A stretch of DNA of 64,000 nt from an uncultured delta proteobacterium (GCA_963761335.1 CAVXGR010000012.1:640001-704000), one strand, 5' to 3'. Counted from the first letter of the stretch, positions 44,040 to 53,867 are shown. Numbers and translations: made by a program. Notes: generated by a model from the letters alone, not told the origin.

Positions 44040-44695
44040 GCGTGGCCGCGCTCCTTGCCGTAGAAAGCCAGGGCGGCGGCGAGCCGGTTCTTCACGTCGA
44101 GCTTGGCGAAGATGCGGGTCAGATGCGTCTTCACCGTCTGCTCGCTGATGCAGAGCTTGTGGGCGATCTCCAGATTGGTGGCCCCTTCGGCGACGCAGGT
44201 GAGCACCTCGCGCTCCCGGCGCGTCAGCACCGCCATCCCGTCGGGCTCCTCCGCCGGAGGCGCCGTCTGCCGCTGGAAGAGATCGAAGATCTTCCGCGGC
44301 AGCTGCGGGTCGACCCAGACGCCGCCGGCGGCGACCGTGCGGATGGCGTCGCCGACCGACTCCAGTCGCGTCGACTTGAGCACGTAGCCGCGGGCGCCGC
44401 CGGCCGCCGCCTGCGCGGCGATCTCGGTGCTGCTGAAGCCGGAGAGGACCACGACCTGGGTGTGCGGATGCTGATCGCGCAGCCGGCGGATCATCTCGGT
44501 GAAGTTCTTGACGCGCGGCATCTTGTAGTCCAGCAGCACCAGGTCCGGGCGCACCCGCGCCACCACCTCGATCAGCTCCTCGCCGTCGGTGGCCTCGCCC
44601 ACCACCTCGGCATTGCCCCGCCGCGGCAGGGCAATGTTGAGCATCTCGCGAAACATCGCATGGTCATCGGCGACTACGACTCGGATCATCTGCAT
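44024..44695 (-). CDS. NarL/LuxR family response regulator
   Basis: IRVVVADDH, LLDYKMP, LTRREREVL, TVKTHLTRIFAKL. Confidence 0.93.
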   Translation of the reverse strand: MQMIRVVVADDHAMFREMLNIALPRRGNAEVVGEATDGEELIEVVARVRPDLVLLDYKMPRVKNFTEMIRRLRDQHPHTQVVVLSGFSSTEIAAQAAAGGARGYVLKSTRLESVGDAIRTVAAGGVWVDPQLPRKIFDLFQRQTAPPAEEPDGMAVLTRREREVLTCVAEGATNLEIAHKLCISEQTVKTHLTRIFAKLDVKNRLAAALAFYGKERGHAHSAT

Positions 44696-44848
44696 CGGGC
44701 TCAGTCCCGCCGGTCGCCTCTTCAATTCCCGGGCCGCCCCGCGAGCGCACTGAATACATCGAAAGTCGTACACAGGTGACATGGCGCTTGCCGCGTCAGC
44801 GATGATGCAATGGCGCCGGGCGCCGCGTTGGCGACGCCCGCGCGCCAA

Positions 44849-44897
44849 GTGGAAGCGGCGTCTCGCCGCTTCGGGAAAGCGCCGGGACGGCGCTTCA
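44849..44897. repeat. Family D REP-like doublet
   Basis: GAAGCGGCGTCTCGCCGCTTC-GG-AAAGCGCCGGGACGGCGCTTC; copies at ~47545, ~47645 and 61020; half copy at ~4778. Confidence 0.8.
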
Positions 44898-44919
44898 CGC
44901 GAGGGGCGAGCGATGCGCC

Positions 44920-45028
44920 CACAGGCGCCGATCTCGGCGATCACCTGCGCGGTGCGCTCGGGATCGTGGCGTCCGTCGGTGCCGACGCAGCGGTGGATGT
45001 TGTAGGTCGCGAGGCCAAGGCGGCTCAC
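44920..45028 (-). pseudogene. 5' remnant of an endonuclease/exonuclease/phosphatase family gene
   Basis: GTG overlapping the DMT stop; LATYNIHRCVGTDGRHDPERTAQVIAEI, then homology ends. Confidence 0.7.
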
Positions 45029-45966
45029 GACGGCATGCGGGCGTCCGTCACTCCCTCCTCGATGCTCCGTTCCATCGCCACCGGCGCGGCGCCGCGACTC
45101 ACGGCGAGGGCGATGGCGGCAATCATCAGCGAGGCGCCGACGAGGGTATGGAGGCCGAGATGCTCGCCGAGAAAGAGCGCCTCCAGGCCGGCGGCGCTGA
45201 CCACCGTGGTCGCCGCCGCCAGGCTGCCGACCGCGGTCGAGGTGTAGCCGAGGCCGTGATGGAGAAGCCACTGGCCGCCGGCCGAGGTGAGGACGACGCC
45301 GGCCAACACCAGCAGCAGGGCTCCGCTCAGCGGCGGCAGGCCCTCGAGCAGCGCCGGAGCGGTGAGCACGACGCCGACCGCCATGAAGTACACGGTGATC
45401 AGCAGAGCGTTCTCGGTGAGGCGCAGATGGCGCGCCGTCGCCACCGCGCCGCCGGCGAGCACCGAGGCCCCCAGCGCGGCGAGGGCCCCGAGCTCGGTGG
45501 CGGCGCTGATGTCGGCGCCCGGTCCGACCACCACGACGATTCCGGCGAGGTCCACGGCCAGGGCCACGAGCGAGCGCCCGCCCAGGCTCTCGCCGAGAAA
45601 CAGCCCGGCAAACAGAGTCGCCCACACCGGATAGGTGCAGTGCAGCAGGGTGGCAAAGCCGGCGCCGGCGTTCTCGATGCCGAAGTAGTAGAGAACGATG
45701 GCGGCGGCGCCGAGAAAACCGCGCAGCAGCAGCCCGGGCAGGCTTCCCGGCTGCGGCCGCAGCCGATGGGGGCCGGCGGCGGCGAGCAGCAGCACCAGGG
45801 AGCCGAGGAAGCGGAAGAAGGCGACCTGCGACGACGGCATGAAGCGGGTCGCGAGGCGCACGCAGACCGCCATGGCGCCGAACAGAAACGAGGCCAGCAG
45901 GATGACCCCGACGCCGCGGCGGAGCGCCGCCCGCGGCGTCGGGTGAGCGGTCCGCTGGCCGCTCAC
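45025..45966 (-). CDS. DMT/EamA family transporter
   Basis: About ten TM helices in two repeats; VAFFRF, LLLRG, LFLGE twice. Confidence 0.9.
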   Translation of the reverse strand: MSGQRTAHPTPRAALRRGVGVILLASFLFGAMAVCVRLATRFMPSSQVAFFRFLGSLVLLLAAAGPHRLRPQPGSLPGLLLRGFLGAAAIVLYYFGIENAGAGFATLLHCTYPVWATLFAGLFLGESLGGRSLVALAVDLAGIVVVVGPGADISAATELGALAALGASVLAGGAVATARHLRLTENALLITVYFMAVGVVLTAPALLEGLPPLSGALLLVLAGVVLTSAGGQWLLHHGLGYTSTAVGSLAAATTVVSAAGLEALFLGEHLGLHTLVGASLMIAAIALAVSRGAAPVAMERSIEEGVTDARMPS

Positions 45967-46085
45967 GAGACCTCGATGACCGCGGCGGCGTTCTTCAACG
46001 GGCTGCTAACCATGACGCAGCAGTGGCGAAGTGGCGGGCGGGCGTCAATGCACGCGTTTCCACGACCCTGGGGCGCACGGCGGCG

Positions 46086-47510
46086 TCAGGTCCCCGGACC
46101 GCACTCGAGATCGCGCGGTCGCGGGAAGCGCCGCAGCTTGAGGCGGGCGCTCAGCTGCTGCAGAGCGCTGCGAATCCCCTCCTCGAAGACGGGGTGATAG
46201 AAGGGCATGCCGAGGGCGTCCTCCACCGTCATGCGACTCTGCACCGCCCAGGCGAGCAGATGCGCGGTGTGCTCGACCTCCGGACCGAACATCTCGGCGC
46301 CCACCAGCGTGCCGCGCTCGCGCCGCGCGTAGATGCGCACCAGCCCGGCGTTGCGGCCGGCGATGCGCGCCCGTCCCTGATCCTCGTAGTCGACGGCGCC
46401 AATCTCGATCTCGCCGGGATCGAGCTGGCGATAGGCGGCGCCGACCACGGCCATCTGCGGATCCGTGAAGACGATCCCCAGAGGGGTTCGGCGAAGCTGG
46501 GCGCGCACCTCGGGGAAGTCTGCGGCGTTGGCGCCGGCGATGTGTCCCTCGTCGGCGGCCTCGTGCAGCACGGGGCGATCGCCGGCGGCATCGCCGGCAA
46601 AGAAAACCGGCAGATCGCCGCTCTGCATGGTGCGCGGATCGAACCGCGGGAGGCCACCGGCGTCGAGCGCGACGCCGGCTTTCGGCAGATCGAGCCGGGA
46701 GAGATCGGCGCGGCGGCCGGCGGCGACCAGCACCTGGGCGAACTCTTCCGCGCCGCTGTCCTCGGCGCTCCGCCAGCGCACCCGCATGCCCGCCGCCGCC
46801 TCCTCCACGTCGATATCGCATCCGAGGTGGAGATCGAGCTCGCCACCGAGAAGGCGCCGCTTGGCGGCGCCCACCTCGGGATCGCTGCCGACGCCGAGCT
46901 CCGCGAACGGCGAGAACAGCGCCGTGCGCACCCCCAGCCGGCCGAGCGCCTGGCCGATCTCGAGGCCCACCGCGCCGGTGCCGATCACCGCCAGCGAGCC
47001 CGGCAGATCGTCGAGCCCGAAGACGTCGTCGCTCAGCAGCAGCCGGTGCCGCAGCTGCTCCAGCTTCGGCGGCACCCACGGGCGCGCCCCGGTGGCCACC
47101 ACCACGGCGCGCATTCGCACTCGCTGCTCGCCCACCTGAAGCTCGTTGGCGCCGAGGAAGCGCGCCGCGCCGCGCAGGCGGTTCGCCGCGGGGATCTCCT
47201 CGGTGGACTCGACCGTGAAGTTGACGAAGCGCTGGCGCTCGCGGCGCAGGCGCTCGAGAACCGCTTTGCCGTCGACCCGCCAGCCGCTGACCTCGATGCC
47301 GAAGCGCCCGGCTCCGGCGACCCGATGCGCCGCCTCGGCGGCGGCGATCAGGAGCTTCGAGGGCATGCAGCCGACGCGAGCACAGGTGGTGCCGTACTCT
47401 CCCTCCTCGATCAGCACCGCCTGCCTGCAGCGCCGCGCCGCCTCGCGATAAGCCACCAGCCCCGCAGTTCCGGCGCCGATGACCGCAACGTCCACGCTGC
47501 GCGTCTCCAT
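46086..47510 (-). CDS. Dihydrolipoyl dehydrogenase-like flavin disulfide oxidoreductase
   Basis: IGAGTAG, GTTCARVGCMPSK, FYHPVFEE. Confidence 0.88.
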   Translation of the reverse strand: METRSVDVAVIGAGTAGLVAYREAARRCRQAVLIEEGEYGTTCARVGCMPSKLLIAAAEAAHRVAGAGRFGIEVSGWRVDGKAVLERLRRERQRFVNFTVESTEEIPAANRLRGAARFLGANELQVGEQRVRMRAVVVATGARPWVPPKLEQLRHRLLLSDDVFGLDDLPGSLAVIGTGAVGLEIGQALGRLGVRTALFSPFAELGVGSDPEVGAAKRRLLGGELDLHLGCDIDVEEAAAGMRVRWRSAEDSGAEEFAQVLVAAGRRADLSRLDLPKAGVALDAGGLPRFDPRTMQSGDLPVFFAGDAAGDRPVLHEAADEGHIAGANAADFPEVRAQLRRTPLGIVFTDPQMAVVGAAYRQLDPGEIEIGAVDYEDQGRARIAGRNAGLVRIYARRERGTLVGAEMFGPEVEHTAHLLAWAVQSRMTVEDALGMPFYHPVFEEGIRSALQQLSARLKLRRFPRPRDLECGPGT

Positions 47511-47542
47511 CGTTCCATTTGTGACCGCTTGCCCCGGCAAAT

Positions 47543-47694
47543 GGAAGCGGCGGCGTCTCGCCGCTTCGGAAAGCGCCGGGACAGCGCTTCTACTGCTGAA
47601 GAGGCCTCTCTCAAAACCCCTTCAAGACGATTCCCGCCGGCCGAGTAGAAGCCGCGTCTCGCCGCTTCGGAAAGCGCCGGGACGGCGCTTCTAC
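47543..47694. repeat. Two family D doublets
   Basis: GTAGAAGCCGCGTCTCGCCGCTTCGGAAAGCGCCGGGACGGCGCTTCTAC and an upstream variant. Confidence 0.8.
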
Positions 47695-47795
47695 TTTGGT
47701 TTTCGGCTACCATCACTGAGCGCCGCTGTGACGGCGGACCAAGACACGCGGCATCGGGGACATGACGGGAACGAACCCGCAACCCGAGTGCGAGT

Positions 47796-48218
47796 TCAAC
47801 TGCGGGCGCGCCCGCCGAGCTTGACGATGCGGTCGAAATCCGCCTTGCCCACCGGCTGCACGGAGAGCCGCGACTGCCTGAGAAGCACCATCTTCGCCAG
47901 CGTCGGCTCCGCCTTGATCTGCTCCAGGGTCACCGGCCGCGCCAGTGCGAATGCCGGCTCGACGTCGACCACCGACCAGTCGCCGCCGCGGCCCGTGGGA
48001 TCCGCGTAGGGAGCGGAGGCCACCCGCGCCACGCCGCGAATCGCCCGCTCGTTCACCGAGTGGTAGAAGAGCAACTGATCGCCGGGCTGCATGCTGCGGA
48101 TATTGTTGCGCGCCTGGAAATTGCGCACCCCATCCCAGCGCGTCTTGCCGTCCTCCACCAGATCCTCCCAGGAGTAGGCTCCCGGCTCCGACTTGATCAA
48201 CCAATAGCTGGCCACCAT
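47796..48218 (-). CDS. EVE domain protein
   Basis: YWLIKSEP, WDGVRNFQARN, LFYHS, RQSRLSVQPV. Confidence 0.93.
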   Translation of the reverse strand: MVASYWLIKSEPGAYSWEDLVEDGKTRWDGVRNFQARNNIRSMQPGDQLLFYHSVNERAIRGVARVASAPYADPTGRGGDWSVVDVEPAFALARPVTLEQIKAEPTLAKMVLLRQSRLSVQPVGKADFDRIVKLGGRARS

Positions 48219-48254
48219 CGACCGCATAGCTGCGATCCCCGCCGCTTGGCAAGG

Positions 48255-48617
48255 GCCGGGTTGTTGGGTTGATGGGCTGATCTCATGCTCGTGCTCGGCG
48301 AAGCGGTGCTCGTAATCGTGCTCGCAATCGAGCCAGCGGCGCGGAATGGCCGGGGTGTCGCGTCGGAAGCCGCGACGGTCACTGACGATCACGAGTACGA
48401 TTACGAGTAGAGGAGGCGTCCCGCCTCCTCTGGACGCGGCGGGACGCCGCGTCTACTTCTCGGCAGATCGCAATCGAGCCAGCGGTGTGGAATGGCCGGG
48501 GCGTCGCAAGCCGCGACGATCACTGACGATTACGAGTACGAGCACCGCTTCGCTGAGCACGAGATCAGCCCATCAGCCCAATAACCTACGAACCCAACAA
48601 CCAACAACCAACAACCT
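48255..48617. repeat. Nested inverted repeat cluster
   Basis: Outer GGTTG/CAACC arms, inner GTGCTC/GAGCAC arms, ~75-bp direct duplication around a GTAG doublet. Confidence 0.75.
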
Positions 48618-48621
48618 AGCA

Positions 48622-49815
48622 TCACGCTACTACGCTGCGAGTATGCAGCGATGCAATCTCCTCCGCATCGAGGCCGCACTCGCGGAGGATCTCGTCGCTG
48701 TGCTCGCCGAGGAGCGGCGGCCGGCGCTCGATGCGTCCGGGGGTGACCGAGAGCTTGACGGGCAGCCCGGTGGTCTTGAAGGTTCCCACCTGCGGGTGCG
48801 GCAGCTCGACCAGCATCTGGCGAGCCAGCACCTGGGGATCGGCGAACACCTGGGCGACATCGAGCACCGGTCCGCACGGCACCCCGGCGTCGTTGATGCG
48901 CGTCACCCAGTCGTCGACGCCGGCGCTCGCCAGTGCCGCCTCGATCTCCGCGGTCAGCGCCTCGCGGTTGGCGAGGCGCTCGGCCGGGCCGGCGAAGCGC
49001 GGATCGTCGAGCCACTCGGCTCGACCGAGGGCGCCGGCGAGCTTCCGCCACATGGCGTCGTTGCCGGCGGCGATGTTGAGAAAGCCATCGCCGGCGCGGA
49101 AGCGCCCGTACGGCGACGACAGCGGGTGGTGCTGTCCCGAGGGACCCGGCGCCGTTCCCCACTCGAAGTACATGCCGGCGCCCCAGGAGAGGACGCCGAC
49201 CATCGCCTCGAGCAGCGAGGTGTGCACGACCTGGCCGCGCCCGGTGCGCTGGCGCGCCAGCAGGGCGAGCTGCACGCCGTGCGCGGCAAACAGGCCGCCG
49301 AGCAGATCGGCGATGGCGATGCCGGCGCGCGTCGGGCCGCTCGCCTCGGTGCCGGTGAGGCTCATGAAGCCGCTCATCCCCTGGGCGATCTGATCGAAGC
49401 CGGGCCGGTCGCGGTACGGCCCCTCGGCGCCGAAGCCGGAGATGCCGCAGTAGATCAGCCGCGGCCAGCGCTCCGTCAGCTGCGCCGCGCCCATGCCGAG
49501 CCCGTCCATGACCCCCGGGCGGAAGTTCTCGATGAGCACGTCGAACTGCGGCAGCAAGCGCAGGAGCAGGGCGCGGCCTTCGGCGGTCTTCACGTCGAGC
49601 GCCAGGGAGCGCTTGCCGCGGTTGGCCGACAGGAAGAAGTAGGAGTCGCGCTCGCTGCCCGGCAGGCGGAACTCGCGGCCGCGCGGCGACTCCACCTTCA
49701 CCACGTCGGCGCCGTAATCGGCGAGCAGCATCGAGGCAAAGGGCCCGGCGAGATAGCGGGTGAGATCCAGCACCCGCACCCCGGCGAGCGGCGGCGCCGC
49801 GGCGTCCCCCGCCAT
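48622..49815 (-). CDS. CaiB/BaiF family III CoA-transferase
   Basis: VRVLDLTRYLAGP, NRGKRSL, ENFRPG, GFDQIAQG, PLLGEH. Confidence 0.93.
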   Translation of the reverse strand: MAGDAAAPPLAGVRVLDLTRYLAGPFASMLLADYGADVVKVESPRGREFRLPGSERDSYFFLSANRGKRSLALDVKTAEGRALLLRLLPQFDVLIENFRPGVMDGLGMGAAQLTERWPRLIYCGISGFGAEGPYRDRPGFDQIAQGMSGFMSLTGTEASGPTRAGIAIADLLGGLFAAHGVQLALLARQRTGRGQVVHTSLLEAMVGVLSWGAGMYFEWGTAPGPSGQHHPLSSPYGRFRAGDGFLNIAAGNDAMWRKLAGALGRAEWLDDPRFAGPAERLANREALTAEIEAALASAGVDDWVTRINDAGVPCGPVLDVAQVFADPQVLARQMLVELPHPQVGTFKTTGLPVKLSVTPGRIERRPPLLGEHSDEILRECGLDAEEIASLHTRSVVA

Positions 49816-49817
49816 TC

Positions 49818-50600
49818 TCAGGCCCCGCGGAACTGCGGCCGGCGCTTCTCGAGGAAGGCGCGCACGCCTTCGGCGTAGTCCTCGCTCTCGTAGCAGGCGC
49901 GAATCGAGGCGGCGATCGCCTGGTGGTCGCGCCCCTCGACGGGCTTGGACAGCTCGCGCAGTACCAGCTTGGCGCTGCGCACGGTGAGCGGCGCATTGGC
50001 GGCGATCTCGGCGGCCGTGCGGCGCACGAAGTCGTCGAGCTCGGCCTTGGGAAGAACGCGGTTCACCAGCCCCATCTGCAACGCCTCGGCGGCGTTGAAG
50101 CGGCGCGCCGTGAAGAAGATCTCGCGCGCCGCGGCGGTGCCGACCACGCCGACCAGCATCTCCAGGCCGGCGGCGTTGTAGCCGAGCCCGAGCCGCGCCG
50201 CGGGAATGGCGAAGACGCCGTCGTCGGCGCTGTAGCGAAGGTCGGCGGTCAGGGCCAGGGCGCAGCCGCCGCCGACGCAGAAGCCGTGCACCAGCGCGAT
50301 CAGCGGCTTCGACATCGACGCCAGCGCCAAGAACGCCAGGGCATTGTTGCGGTCGTACTCCTCGGCGCCGACGCCGCTGCGGCGCTGCTCGAACTCGGAG
50401 ATGTCGGCGCCGGAGACGAAGGCGAGCTCACCCTCGCCGCGCATGACCACCACGCGGATGTCCGGATCGGCGTCGAAGTCACGCGCCGCGCCCGGAATCT
50501 CCCGCCACATCTCCGCGGAGATGGCGTTGCGCCGTTGCGGGTGGTCGAAGATGATCCAGCCGATGTTGCCGTCCTTCTCGGTGCGCAGTCGTCCGCCCAT
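49818..50600 (-). CDS. Enoyl-CoA hydratase/isomerase family protein
   Basis: RRNA, FVSGADISEF, GFCVGGG, EGVRAFLEKRRP. Confidence 0.93.
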   Translation of the reverse strand: MGGRLRTEKDGNIGWIIFDHPQRRNAISAEMWREIPGAARDFDADPDIRVVVMRGEGELAFVSGADISEFEQRRSGVGAEEYDRNNALAFLALASMSKPLIALVHGFCVGGGCALALTADLRYSADDGVFAIPAARLGLGYNAAGLEMLVGVVGTAAAREIFFTARRFNAAEALQMGLVNRVLPKAELDDFVRRTAAEIAANAPLTVRSAKLVLRELSKPVEGRDHQAIAASIRACYESEDYAEGVRAFLEKRRPQFRGA

Positions 50601-50744
50601 GGCGGCAAGCTTAACAGAGAAGCCGGGAGCGCGGCCAGCTTGGCCGCTGCCGAGTAATGGTGGATCTTGAGATCAACCGCGTTTCATTTCAAAACCCCCT
50701 GACCAATCAAAATCCCCTACGCCCCAACTCGGGCTGGGGGATCG

Positions 50745-50910
50745 CGCCGCGAAGCGGCGCAGGCATGTAGCCCCGGGTCGGAGACCCGGGGATCCCGGGT
50801 CCGCCTTCCCCGATGCGCCCCGCGCCCCTGGCGGGGCGCCAACGGACGTCGACTTCGGGAACCCCGGGTCGGAGACCCGGGGCTACACGCCTGCGCCCCT
50901 CCGGGGCGAA
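50745..50910. repeat. Family A inverted doublet
   Basis: GTAGCCCCGGGTCGGAGACCCGGGG and CCCCGGGTCGGAGACCCGGGGCTAC. Confidence 0.75.
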
Positions 50911-51081
50911 TGATCTCCGAGCTCGCGGCCACCGATGTAACCTGGGGAAGTCGGGTTCAACTCAACGAAGCGGGGGTTATGGTGGATCGAAGCTGAGCGC
51001 GTTTCATTTCAAAATCCCCCACTACCCGCTGCCGCAATGCAAAATCGGGCGGCCAGGATGGCCGCGCTCCCAGTCTCCGGC

Positions 51082-52767
51082 TCACCCCCGATGCTGCAGG
51101 CGATAGCGGAACAGGGCCATACCGACGACGAGGTAGGCGAGGCCATAGGCGAGCATGACGGCGGTGGGGACGACGGCGGCGTCGAAGAGACGGCGGCGGA
51201 TCATCAGGTCGTTGTAGGCGTCCATCGCCCAGGTCGTCGGGAAGCCGAGGGCGACGGTGCGCATCCAGCGCGGCTCCAGGTCGATCGGCCACCAGCAACC
51301 GCCCACCGCGGCCATGGTGACGATGACGATCGAGCCGACCGGCAGCACCGCCTCACGGCTGGTCGCCACGGCGGCGACGATCAGGCCGAAGGCGGTGCCG
51401 GCGAAGACGATGCCGGCGGTGGGCAGCGCCAGCGCCCACGGCTGCGGCCCGAGCGAGATGCCGAAGGCCGCCCAACCGACGGCGAAGAGCACCGCCATCT
51501 GCAGGCAGCCGATCGCGAAACGCGACAGCAGCTTGCCGAGCATGACGTTGCCGGGGGCGACCGGCATGGCCCGCAGGCGATCGAGAGTGCCCCAGTCGCG
51601 CTCGTCGAGCAGCCCGAGAGAAACGCCGAGAAGCATGCCGAGGAGAAGAAAGGTGACGCTGAAGCCGGGGACGTTCTGATCGAAGGTGTTGATCGTCGAC
51701 GGCCCGCCGGTGAGGTTCACCTCCTCGATGTGGAGCGACGACGGCGGCACCGGCGGCGCCGGCAGGGAGACCTGCGGCACCTGGATGTCGGGCATCGGCG
51801 GCAGCGCCGGCGGCTCCGGCAGCGCCAGCGGCGGCAGGTGAACATCCACCGCGGCGGCCGGCACCTCGAGGCGCAGCCCGCCGCCGGAACGCAGGCGCAT
51901 CAGCTCCGGCGGCGGCTCCGGGAACGCCGGCGGCGGCGGAATCTCCGCGGCGTGGCTTCCCGCCATCTCGCGCAGGCGCCCGAGCCACTTCTCGAAGTCG
52001 CCGCGGGTGGCCTCGAGCGTCTCGAGATAGATGCGGATCGGCACCTCGATGCCGGCGAGCTGGCGGTCGACGCGGAGACGCGCCGCGTCCGCCGCCGCGG
52101 CGATCTCGGCGCGCAGCTGCCGCTCGAGGCGTTGGCTCTCCGCGGCCAGCTGCGCGCGCGCCTCTTGCTTGGCCCGCTCGCGGGCGGCGCGCGCCTCCTC
52201 CCAGCTGCGCCCCAGCTCCTGCCGCGCCGCGGCCACCGCCGCCTGCAGGCCCTCGAGCCGGGCCTGCAGCTCCTGCCGCTGCCGGCCGACGTCACCGGCG
52301 AGCGCCTCGCGGCTCTGCGCCGCGATCTTCTCGCTCACCTCGAGCAGGCGGGCGCGCACGTTCAGGCGCTCGAGGTACTTCACCGGATCGACGTAGAGGA
52401 TCAGCGACGCCGGTGCCCCCGAGACGAGCGCCGCCTCCGTGCCCTGCGGCACCACCAGAGCCGAGCCGGCGCGCTTGCTGCGCACCAGCGCCGCGGCGCG
52501 GGCGCGGCTCTGCACCGGCTCGAGGGTGATGCTGCGGTCCTCCTCGAGGTGCCGGCGCAGCTCTCGCGAGAGCTGGCTGCCGTCCTCGTCGACGAAGGGA
52601 AACGCGTAGGCCGTCTGGCCGGTGGGATCGGCGCCGTAGAGGTTGGCCAGCGAGAAGCCGGCAACCGTGATCACCATGATCGGCGCCACGGTCAGGAAGA
52701 TCAGCCCGGCGCGGTCTCTCCACAGCAGGCGCAGATCCTTGGCGATGATCGCCCGCAGCGCGCGCAT
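51082..52767 (-). CDS. ABC-2 type exporter permease with large coiled-coil/Pro-rich insertion
   Basis: IIAKDLRLLWRD, VPGFSV, ERDWGTLDRL, GGCWWPI, PTTWAM. Confidence 0.88.
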   Translation of the reverse strand: MRALRAIIAKDLRLLWRDRAGLIFLTVAPIMVITVAGFSLANLYGADPTGQTAYAFPFVDEDGSQLSRELRRHLEEDRSITLEPVQSRARAAALVRSKRAGSALVVPQGTEAALVSGAPASLILYVDPVKYLERLNVRARLLEVSEKIAAQSREALAGDVGRQRQELQARLEGLQAAVAAARQELGRSWEEARAARERAKQEARAQLAAESQRLERQLRAEIAAAADAARLRVDRQLAGIEVPIRIYLETLEATRGDFEKWLGRLREMAGSHAAEIPPPPAFPEPPPELMRLRSGGGLRLEVPAAAVDVHLPPLALPEPPALPPMPDIQVPQVSLPAPPVPPSSLHIEEVNLTGGPSTINTFDQNVPGFSVTFLLLGMLLGVSLGLLDERDWGTLDRLRAMPVAPGNVMLGKLLSRFAIGCLQMAVLFAVGWAAFGISLGPQPWALALPTAGIVFAGTAFGLIVAAVATSREAVLPVGSIVIVTMAAVGGCWWPIDLEPRWMRTVALGFPTTWAMDAYNDLMIRRRLFDAAVVPTAVMLAYGLAYLVVGMALFRYRLQHRG

Positions 52768-52776
52768 GTCGGGGGC

Positions 52777-53775
52777 TCAGTCTCGCAGCTCGCGCCCGGT
52801 CAGGCTCAGGAAGACGTCCTGCAGGTCCGAGTGATGCACGTGGAACTCGAGAACCTCGCCGCCGAGCGCCGCGGCGCGCTCGAGAACCCGCGGCGCCACG
52901 GCGAGGTCGTCGACCAGGACGCGCACGGGATTGCCGTCCGCGGCGCTCTCGGGCCGCGCTGCCGCCGCCAGCAGACGCGCCCCGGCGACGGCGTCGAGCC
53001 AATCGGCGGGCAGGGCCCGGCGGGTGATCACGTCGAGGCGCATGCCGGGATCGATGGCGCCGATCATGTCGGCGGGCGTGCCGGTGGCGATCACGCGCCC
53101 GTGGTCGATGAGCACGACGCGGTCGCACAGGCGCTCCGCCTCCTCCATGTAGTGGGTGCTGTAGACGATGGCGGCGCCGGCGGCCGCCTGCTGGCGGACG
53201 GCGGCGAAGATGCGCTCCCGCGACTGCGGATCGACGCCGACGGTGGGCTCGTCGAGAAGGAGAACCCGCGGCGCGTGCATGAGGCCGCAGGCGAGATTGA
53301 GCCGCCGCTGCATGCCCCCGGAAAAGCTCGAGACGATGTCGTTCTGGCGCTCCTCCAGGCCGACCAGGCGGAGGGCCTCCGCGCCGGCGCGCCGCACGGC
53401 GGCGCCGCGCAGGCCGAGGGCGCGGGCGAAAAAGAAGGCGTTCTCCCGCGCCGTCAGTGTCGGGTAGAGGGCCAGCGACTGGGGGACCACACCGAGAACA
53501 CGCCGCACCGCCGCCGGCCGCGCCGCCACCGAATGGCCGCCGATCAGCGCCGCGCCGCCGTCGGGACGGCGGAGGGTGGAGAGCACCGACAGAGTCGTGG
53601 TCTTGCCGGCGCCATTGGGCCCGATGAGGCCGAGCACCTCACCCGCCGCGACCTCGAAGCTCACGTCGGCGACGGCGAGGCGATCGGCGTAGCGCACCCG
53701 GAGATGCTCGACGGAGATCACGGGCGCGAGCGCCGCTGCCCCCGCCCTGCCACTTGCCACCGCGCCGGTGTCCAC
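52777..53775 (-). CDS. ABC exporter ATP-binding protein
   Basis: GPNGAGKTT, FSGGMQRR, LLDEPTVGVDPQSR, STHYMEE. Confidence 0.93.
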   Translation of the reverse strand: MDTGAVASGRAGAAALAPVISVEHLRVRYADRLAVADVSFEVAAGEVLGLIGPNGAGKTTTLSVLSTLRRPDGGAALIGGHSVAARPAAVRRVLGVVPQSLALYPTLTARENAFFFARALGLRGAAVRRAGAEALRLVGLEERQNDIVSSFSGGMQRRLNLACGLMHAPRVLLLDEPTVGVDPQSRERIFAAVRQQAAAGAAIVYSTHYMEEAERLCDRVVLIDHGRVIATGTPADMIGAIDPGMRLDVITRRALPADWLDAVAGARLLAAAARPESAADGNPVRVLVDDLAVAPRVLERAAALGGEVLEFHVHHSDLQDVFLSLTGRELRD

Positions 53776-53867
53776 GCCTCAGCCGTATGGGCGGACCTGG
53801 GGCATGTCAAGATGAGGATTCGAAGGAGGTCAGCGGCGTGAACATCGACGGGCTGCGGGCGCGGATC

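Noticed and set aside
41528..44779. 1083-aa ORF and similar long Arg/Ala/Pro-rich ORFs (23263-25944, 36608-39865, 51037-53841)
   Set aside because: Shadow frames of high-GC genes, overlapping well-supported CDSs and lacking motifs
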